Shown here piece after piece: positions 52,205-57,545 of a DNA stretch of 64,000 nt. Each line of letters opens with the position of its first letter. Positions within the stretch are counted from its first letter, which is position 1. Source of the stretch: a virus; the IMG/VR virus record IMGVR_UViG_3300042868_013845, positions 18,877 to 82,876 of that record; one strand, 5' to 3'. Position numbers and translations under genes: made by a program. A model generated the notes under the pieces. The model saw nothing but the letters and a program-made list of their open reading frames with translations. It ran no database searches and was not told the DNA's origin.

Positions 52205-52714
52205 TTAACCTGGAATCCAAAGTTGTTTTATTAGTTTCCAGTTTTTTACATGCTTTGCAGCATCAAATACTACAAGCGCATCAAGATCTTTTTGAAAATC
52301 GCGTGGATCATAATCGCTATAAACAAGTCCGATATGTCCAGCTGCAATCAATGCTTTTGTTCCAGCATCGTTAAGTACTTCTTCGGCAGAAGGATTGCCA
52401 ATAATCATTTCAACCCAGTCATTGGAATCTACACCGATCTCATCAAATAATGAAGTGATATTATCATCATAGATGTGACTCACTGGCTTATCAAGAGTTG
52501 CGCTATAAAGAAAGGCAGAATCATTATTTTCAAGAGTATTTTGAAACCAACCATCAATTGCATGATCTTTTTCCAATGCAAACCATAATGGTTTATGAGT
52601 TAAAGAACTAATTGCCTTTGGAGAGCAATGATAAACAACATGACCAACTTTAGTCACTTCTTCATTAAGCTCAGCTAACAAGGCTTTTGCTTCAGATATA
52701 ATATCGCGTTTCAT
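52205..52714 (-). CDS. ADP-ribosyltransferase-fold (ART-PolyVal-like) protein with leader motif (start corrected)
   Basis: MKRDIISEAKALLAELNEE; VYHCS, LWFA, LYSATL, GHIGLVY, LVVFD; TATAAATA at 52720-52727. Confidence 0.55.
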   Translation of the reverse strand: MKRDIISEAKALLAELNEEVTKVGHVVYHCSPKAISSLTHKPLWFALEKDHAIDGWFQNTLENNDSAFLYSATLDKPVSHIYDDNITSLFDEIGVDSNDWVEMIIGNPSAEEVLNDAGTKALIAAGHIGLVYSDYDPRDFQKDLDALVVFDAAKHVKNWKLIKQLWIPG

Positions 52715-52831
52715 AACGTTATTTATAAAAATTTGAAGATCAGTTGACATCAACACTTTGGAGATATTGACATGCAAGTTCAACCGACGGATCAAGCGGT
52801 TTAGACACCCTCTCGCAAAATTGGTGCATAA

Positions 52832-52862
52832 AGAAAGAGGCTGCAAGATGCAGCCTCTTTCT
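52832..52862. terminator. Strong hairpin / terminator
   Basis: AGAAAGAGGCTGCA-AGA-TGCAGCCTCTTTCT. Confidence 0.75.
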
Positions 52863-52883
52863 ATTAAAAATTCTTATTAAGAT

Positions 52884-53261
52884 TTATTGTGCAGCTTTAA
52901 GCTGTTTCTCGAAATCCTTTATCAAAGATGTTTTAAGTTCTACTTCTTTTTTATATTTTTCAATATATTCTTTGACTTTACTTGGTTTAAGCTCCATATT
53001 TTGTGGACTATCATGCCAATCGTTTCCACGACTTGCACCCCTTTTCTGGGCTATAGCCCATAATGTTTTATAATCATCGCTGCTAAGATTGCCTTTATCA
53101 TTAGGAATAAAGTTACCAATTGCATAAAGAATATATGCATCACCACCAAAACTTTTTGCAAAAAGACCAAAGAGTTTAGCTTTTGGATCTTTTGCTTCAG
53201 TTAATGACGATTTATTAAGTAAAATATCAGTTGCTGCTTCTAGTAATGTTTGTTCTTTCAT
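52884..53261 (-). CDS. Candidate internal head protein (start corrected)
   Basis: MKEQTLLEAATDILLNKSSLTEA; TATAAATA at 53270-53277. Confidence 0.6.
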   Translation of the reverse strand: MKEQTLLEAATDILLNKSSLTEAKDPKAKLFGLFAKSFGGDAYILYAIGNFIPNDKGNLSSDDYKTLWAIAQKRGASRGNDWHDSPQNMELKPSKVKEYIEKYKKEVELKTSLIKDFEKQLKAAQ

Positions 53262-53290
53262 GTTATCTTTATTTATAAGATTTGAAATTT

Positions 53291-53366
53291 TGGCACGGAG
53301 AGTGAGAGTTGCACTCACCCAACAAGATTTGGAGTCTCGTTCGCCGACCTTGGGACATGCCTCCGT
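53291..53366 (-). tRNA. tRNA-Trp (CCA), atypical
   Basis: CT-CCA-AA loop, T-loop TGCAACT, 3' GCCA. Confidence 0.8.
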
Positions 53367-53386
53367 ATAATTCTATTAAAAAAAAT

Positions 53387-53471
53387 TGGAGCTGAAGGTG
53401 GGATTCGAACCCACGATGTTTTTCTTACTATCTTACAAGGATAGTGCCGTCGACCACTTGGCTACTTCAGC
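53387..53471 (-). tRNA. tRNA-Thr (TGT) with extended variable region
   Basis: CT-TGT-AA, 13-nt variable segment, CCA. Confidence 0.88.
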
Positions 53472-53610
53472 ATTGAAAGTGTACGGCGTTTTCTTTTAAT
53501 TCAGATCACCGAAATTCTGAATTCTTTTTTCCTCATGTGGTCTAAGCACCTTCTCCCTTTCGGGCGCATTATCATCTATACTATGTTACGGAATTACAGA
53601 GTTGTTAAAT

Positions 53611-53684
53611 TGGTACGCTAACTGAGAATCTAACTCAGGAATTCTGCTTGGAAGACAGACATTTTACCATTAAATTATTAGCGC
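53611..53684 (-). tRNA. tRNA-Gly (TCC)
   Basis: CT-TCC-AA, T-loop TTAGATT, CCA. Confidence 0.82.
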
Positions 53685-53686
53685 GT

Positions 53687-53887
53687 TTATTGTGAAAGGC
53701 CAAGCTGATAAATTTCAGCAATTGCATCTTTCAGTTTTTGGCTTTCAGCTTGCAAATTTCCTAGGCTATACATCGCATAAACTGTAGTTAATTTTTTTTG
53801 CGTAGCTGAATCCAACTGATGCCACGATTTCGGTTTTGATTCTGTTAAAACGCGTAATGCAATATTCTCCAAGGAGTCTTTCTTCAT
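53687..53887 (-). CDS. Small candidate internal head protein
   Basis: MKKDSLENIALRVLTES; TATAAATA at 53893-53900. Confidence 0.55.
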   Translation of the reverse strand: MKKDSLENIALRVLTESKPKSWHQLDSATQKKLTTVYAMYSLGNLQAESQKLKDAIAEIYQLGLSQ

Positions 53888-53907
53888 GTTCTTATTTATA
53901 CAAAAGT

Positions 53908-53982
53908 TGGTCCAGCTGCTCGGGATCGAACCGAGTTAGTACGCGTCACAAGCGTAGACTTTACCATATAAGCTACAGCGGG
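53908..53982 (-). tRNA. tRNA-His (GTG)
   Basis: TT-GTG-AC loop, CCA; A73, no encoded G-1. Confidence 0.85.
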
Positions 53983-53992
53983 GATTGAAATT

Positions 53993-54068
53993 TGGTGGAG
54001 CTACTCGGATTTGAACCGAGAACCTTATCCTTGCAAAGGATCTGCGCTACCAATTGCGCCATAGCCCC
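53993..54068 (-). tRNA. tRNA-Ala (TGC)
   Basis: G3.U70, canonical cloverleaf. Confidence 0.95.
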
Positions 54069-54085
54069 ATTAAAAAATTATTTAT

Positions 54086-54219
54086 ACATTAACACTATAG
54101 GATTTCACGATCCATTCCATACTACACAGACCTCACCAGAGTCAAGGAATCGAACCTTCTACATTGTATGTCTATCTATAATCACCACGTCGCTTGATCA
54201 GGGTGTGGCGTGTTAATGT
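54086..54219 (-). ncRNA. Structured RNA with internal T-arm (YrlA/Y-RNA-like architecture)
   Basis: 10-bp terminal stem ACATTAACAC/GTGTTAATGT; internal AAGG-TTCGATT-CCTT. Confidence 0.5.
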
Positions 54220-54229
54220 TTCAAGAAAT

Positions 54230-54337
54230 TGGTACGCCCGACAGGAGTTGAACCTGCTTTCAATGGTTTATTTTAAGCCTTCTCATTTCCGTGAAGGCTC
54301 GAAAGAGACCACTGCTTGACCGTTAAGCTTCAGGCGT
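54230..54337 (-). tRNA. tRNA with 33-nt anticodon-loop insertion (CAT or CTT after removal)
   Basis: Complete acceptor, D and T arms plus CCA; 40-nt anticodon loop containing a hairpin. Confidence 0.8.
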
Positions 54338-54339
54338 AT

Positions 54340-54867
54340 TTAAAATTTATTAGTTTCTTTCTGTCTTTTCCAACGTTCGAATTGTTTTTCTCTAAGTTTT
54401 TGTTTCGTTGCTTCACTAAGAGGATTACGCTTTCTTTTACAAGGTATTTTAGGCATATCTAATGAATTAGGATTTTTTCTATGACCTTTATTCCATGGTA
54501 TTTTTCCTTTTAATGATGAATTGTCACGACTCGCATTAGCCTCAGCTATTTTTTTACGAACCTCAATGGTATGCTTCTTTCCTTTAAAATGAGCTCCGCC
54601 TTCGCCGCCAACACCCAAGTTATATGTATCTTCGCGTAATACAAATTCTTCGGTAATTAATTCCTTTTCTTTATTATTCATTTCTTCTTCAGTCTGGAAT
54701 ATGAATAATATTTCCTTAGTAAAATTTTCTTTGCCATGTTTTTTAATGGCATTTACTATTGCTTTACCAGAACCGTAATAAGAATCATTTGCATCTAATG
54801 TTTGGTGCTTACCAATATATATCTTTCCATTAAGATTATTGGTAATTTTATAGATTGTGTATAACAT
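54340..54867 (-). mobile_element. Free-standing GIY-YIG homing endonuclease (SegB-like) with NUMOD3 repeats
   Basis: TIYKITNNLNGKIYIGKH, YYGSG, ENFTKEIL, YNLGVGG, KGKKHTIEVRKKI; TATAAATA at 54873-54880. Confidence 0.9.
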
Positions 54868-54888
54868 AAAGATATTTATACAAATCAT

Positions 54889-54920
54889 AGACCCTTGCTC
54901 TACCACTGAGCTACAAGCGC
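54889..54920 (-). pseudogene. 5' half of a tRNA truncated at the anticodon loop
   Basis: GCGCTTG-TAGCTCAGTGGTAGAGCA-AGGGT-CT then endonuclease promoter. Confidence 0.75.
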
Positions 54921-54930
54921 ATTGAAAATT

Positions 54931-55010
54931 TGGTACTCCTAGTGGGGGATTGAACCCACGACCTCCCACTTATAAGGCGGGTGCTCTGACCACGACTGAG
55001 CTATAGGAGC
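54931..55010 (-). tRNA. tRNA-Ile (TAT)
   Basis: CCCGC-CT-TAT-AA-GTGGG, CCA. Confidence 0.9.
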
Positions 55011-55022
55011 ATTGAAAATTGT

Positions 55023-55382
55023 TGGTCGTTCTCTCCCGCCGTCACTCTCTAAAGTCATGCACTTCGCAATCTTTAGTATCGTTTTAAGTTAACGTAGTTG
55101 TTTAAGGTTAATAAAATGAAACACTTCTGCAAGATATACATACTCTTCGCCCGAAAGCTTTAGCCATTACGCTAGTGGAAGAGCCCGTCCCTATGTTTCA
55201 TGAGCCCGTTTAGGATAATTGAGTTGACACACGCCGAAGTTTGAGAGGCAGAAATTTGTTCAAGTATCCGGTCTTGTCGAGATATTGTTTTGTTTCGGTC
55301 AAAAGACTTACTACGCATTCGCACTCGCAATCACCCTCTCTTATGGTCTCGTAAATTACATCAGCTAGACCGTCTGTGTCAA
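55023..55382 (-). ncRNA. Cluster of unexplained structured RNA modules
   Basis: No credible ORF; closing stems TTGACACA/TGTGTCAA and ATGAAACA/TGTTTCAT; CTAAAG/CTTTAG hairpin; ends GACCA. Confidence 0.5.
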
Positions 55383-55385
55383 AAT

Positions 55386-55459
55386 TGGTACGCTATGTGG
55401 GAGTCGAACCCACGCCTCGAACTTGGAAGGATCACGTGCTGCCGTAACACTTATAGCGC
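55386..55459 (-). tRNA. tRNA-Gly (TCC)
   Basis: CT-TCC-AA, CCA. Confidence 0.9.
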
Positions 55460-55468
55460 TTTTAAAAA

Positions 55469-55559
55469 TGGCTCCCAGCCTAGGTAACGATCCTAGCCTC
55501 CATTATTCATGGTGCAGTGGTTAACAGCCACGCCCGTTCGCCTGCTCGGGTCGCTGGGA
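55469..55559 (-). tRNA. tRNA-Asn (GTT) with long variable arm
   Basis: CT-GTT-AA, G73, variable arm GCACCATGAATAATGGAGG. Confidence 0.85.
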
Positions 55560-55568
55560 TTTGAAAAT

Positions 55569-55643
55569 TGGTAGGACCTAGATGAATTGAACATCTATCT
55601 ATCGGGTCAAAGCCGAGAGTAATAACCGTTATACGAAAGTCCT
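55569..55643 (-). tRNA. tRNA-Gln (TTG)
   Basis: CT-TTG-AC, CCA. Confidence 0.88.
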
Positions 55644-55651
55644 GTTGAAAT

Positions 55652-55726
55652 TGGTAGGTGCTCTGGGTAACGATCCCAGTTCTACGAGTTAAAAGCCCGT
55701 TGCTTCACCATTAAAGCTTAGCACCC
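55652..55726 (-). tRNA. tRNA-Lys (TTT)
   Basis: CT-TTT-AA, CCA, T-loop ATCGTTA. Confidence 0.88.
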
Positions 55727-55742
55727 ATTGTTTATTGAAAAA

Positions 55743-55818
55743 TGGTCAAGGCGTCCGGACTCGAGCCGGCTTCTATCGGGTAAGAACCGATTGCTTCAGC
55801 CATCAAAGCTTCGCCTCG
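55743..55818 (-). tRNA. tRNA-Lys (CTT)
   Basis: TT-CTT-AC, CCA. Confidence 0.85.
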
Positions 55819-55820
55819 TT

Positions 55821-55894
55821 TGGCACGTTGAGTAGGAATCGAACCCACGTCTTTGGTTTTGGAGACCAAGGTCTTGCCACTAGACGATCAACGC
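55821..55894 (-). tRNA. tRNA-Trp (CCA)
   Basis: CT-CCA-AA, canonical cloverleaf. Confidence 0.93.
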
Positions 55895-55906
55895 ATGTTT
55901 TGAAAT

Positions 55907-55981
55907 TGGTCGGATAATTGAGAATCGAACTCAACTATGCTTGCTCCCAAAGCAAGTGCCTCACCAGTCGGCCTTTATCCG
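55907..55981 (-). tRNA. tRNA-Pro (TGG)
   Basis: C1-G72, TT-TGG-GA. Confidence 0.9.
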
Positions 55982-55991
55982 TATTAAAAAA

Positions 55992-56084
55992 TGGCGGAAC
56001 GTATTGGATTTGAACCAATGCAACCTTTATAGGGTTGGCCACGTCTTAGCAGGACGGCACAATACCAGACTCTGTCAACGTTCC
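55992..56084 (-). tRNA. tRNA-Ser (GCT)
   Basis: Long variable arm, G73. Confidence 0.92.
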
Positions 56085-56092
56085 TTAAAATT

Positions 56093-56167
56093 TGGCGGGA
56101 ATGACGAATTACGATATCGCGACCTCTAGCGTGACAGGCTAGCGCTCTTCCTCTGAGCTACATCCCC
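56093..56167 (-). tRNA. tRNA-Asp (GTC)
   Basis: CT-GTC-AC, G73; T-loop ATCGTAA. Confidence 0.9.
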
Positions 56168-56174
56168 AAGAAAT

Positions 56175-56248
56175 TGGTTGCGGAGGTGGGATTCGAACCC
56201 ACGTGCACGGCTTATGAGACCGTTGAGTTGCCGCTACTCTACCCCGCG
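56175..56248 (-). tRNA. tRNA-fMet-like (CAT)
   Basis: C1:A72 mismatch, CT-CAT-AA. Confidence 0.9.
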
Positions 56249-56257
56249 ATTGAAAAT

Positions 56258-56332
56258 TGGCCGGTATGGACGCGCTTGAATCGTCTTATGCTGTTCTTCA
56301 GACAGCCGCTTCACCATTAAAGCTTCATACCG
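56258..56332 (-). tRNA. tRNA-Phe (GAA)
   Basis: CT-GAA-GA, CCA. Confidence 0.82.
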
Positions 56333-56342
56333 ATATTAAAAT

Positions 56343-56417
56343 TGGTGCACCGCAGAGGACTTGAACCTCTATTACAAAGTCCGTAGCCTTGCGTGTTATC
56401 CATTACACTAACGGTGC
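56343..56417 (-). tRNA. tRNA-Arg (ACG)
   Basis: CT-ACG-GA, CCA. Confidence 0.92.
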
Positions 56418-56427
56418 TTTTTGAAAT

Positions 56428-56516
56428 TGGTGTACGCGGTTGGAATCGAACCAACGGTGTTTCTGATGAGCAGGGTTACAGTCTGCCGCCACACAACCAA
56501 CAGTAGCCTCACGTAC
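56428..56516 (-). tRNA. tRNA-Tyr (GTA)
   Basis: CT-GTA-AC, long variable arm. Confidence 0.88.
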
Positions 56517-56527
56517 ATTGAAAAATT

Positions 56528-56604
56528 TGGTCCTACTGGCAGGATTTGAACCTGCGACCTATCGGTTATCAACCGAGTGCTCTGACCAACTGAGCTACAA
56601 TAGG
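56528..56604 (-). tRNA. tRNA-Ile (GAT)
   Basis: TT-GAT-AA, CCA. Confidence 0.93.
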
Positions 56605-56617
56605 ATATTAAGAAAAT

Positions 56618-56692
56618 TGGTACTGCCACGGGGAGTTGAACCCCGCTCTAATGGTTGAAAACCATTTGTCCTAACCGATAGACGATGGCAGC
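56618..56692 (-). tRNA. tRNA-Glu (TTC)
   Basis: TT-TTC-AA, CCA. Confidence 0.92.
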
Positions 56693-56760
56693 ATTTGAAA
56701 ATTGTTAACTGTAACGGTATCACAGTCATCTTCCGAGGTGGCTACACCTAACGCTAAATT

Positions 56761-56835
56761 TGGTAGGCCGTGAGTGAATCGAACACTCATTGGAGACTTA
56801 GAAGGTCTCAGTCCTATCCGTTGAACGAACGGCCT
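56761..56835 (-). tRNA. tRNA-Arg (TCT)
   Basis: CT-TCT-AA, CCA. Confidence 0.92.
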
Positions 56836-56961
56836 ATTTGAAAATACACTGTGTGGGCTTTTACCACAACCTCATCTTAATCGATGAAATATCAGCCAAT
56901 GACTAACTGACGATTGTTTCTGATGGGACTTGGCTTGTCCTTTATACATCATAGTTTTTGT

Positions 56962-56985
56962 AAGACATAGAAAATATTTTTATAC
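56962..56985 (-). repeat. Right arm of 24-bp perfect inverted repeat
   Basis: AAGACATAGAAAATATTTTTATAC; reverse complement of 50720-50743. Confidence 0.9.
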
Positions 56986-57095
56986 ACTACCTATAAACTT
57001 TCGTTTATAGTGACACCTAATTGTGCTCGCTTGGGCGCTTCAGGTGCTCCCTCGTCATGAACCTATCGGATAGTTATTTATGTCTTACATTGCTT

Positions 57096-57458
57096 ATTTT
57101 ATCAACTTTTTTTCAAAAGTAAACAAAAAAGTGATTTTTTTTTCATCTGAAGATTAAGAATTTCGCATTCATCTATTGAAACGTTTGGTAGCGTTTAAAC
57201 CAATAGCGCCAAAATTCTTAATCTCTTTGATGAGGAGATCTTACCAAGAATTTGAGAGATTGTAAACAAAAAAGTGAAACTTTTTTTCAACTTAAAGTAT
57301 GTTTTACCTCTTATAAACTACCTAGCCAGCGTGCGCGGCTGGGGATGGATTCGAACCATCGTCTTACTTTAAGTTGATTCAATCTCTTAGACTCTCTCTA
57401 AGATCTGCTGCTTTTCAGCGGCAAGGAGATCTTACCATAAAGGAGGGGAAAAGTACAT
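57096..57458 (-). promoter_or_regulatory. Three tandem early (sigma70-type) promoters upstream of the tRNA array
   Basis: GTTTAC..TAAAAT (57124-57096), GTTTAC..TGGTAAGAT (57267-57238), ATGTAC..TGGTAAGAT (57458-57429), each with an A/T tract upstream. Confidence 0.75.
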
Positions 57459-57545
57459 ATCTTTTTTCATTTTTTTTCATTTTTTTCTCGGCTCCAAGCC
57501 TGTCATTGACTGGCCCCGGGCTGGGCCCTCTGCTCCAGGATCAGC

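Noticed and set aside
54868-54969. N-terminal extension of the GIY-YIG ORF (likewise extensions at 52184, 52846, 53318, 58717)
   Set aside because: The extensions run through RNA elements or promoters; the downstream ATGs sit just after TATAAATA
55023-55382. RNase P RNA, GOLLD/ROOL or group I intron
   Set aside because: No GAGGAAAGTCC P4 motif or recognisable P7 core; it appears to be three short independent modules
50751-57500. CRISPR array or suppressor/Sec tRNA implying a recoded genome
   Set aside because: The repeats are tRNA arms; no CTA/TTA/TCA anticodon; genes read intact in the standard code
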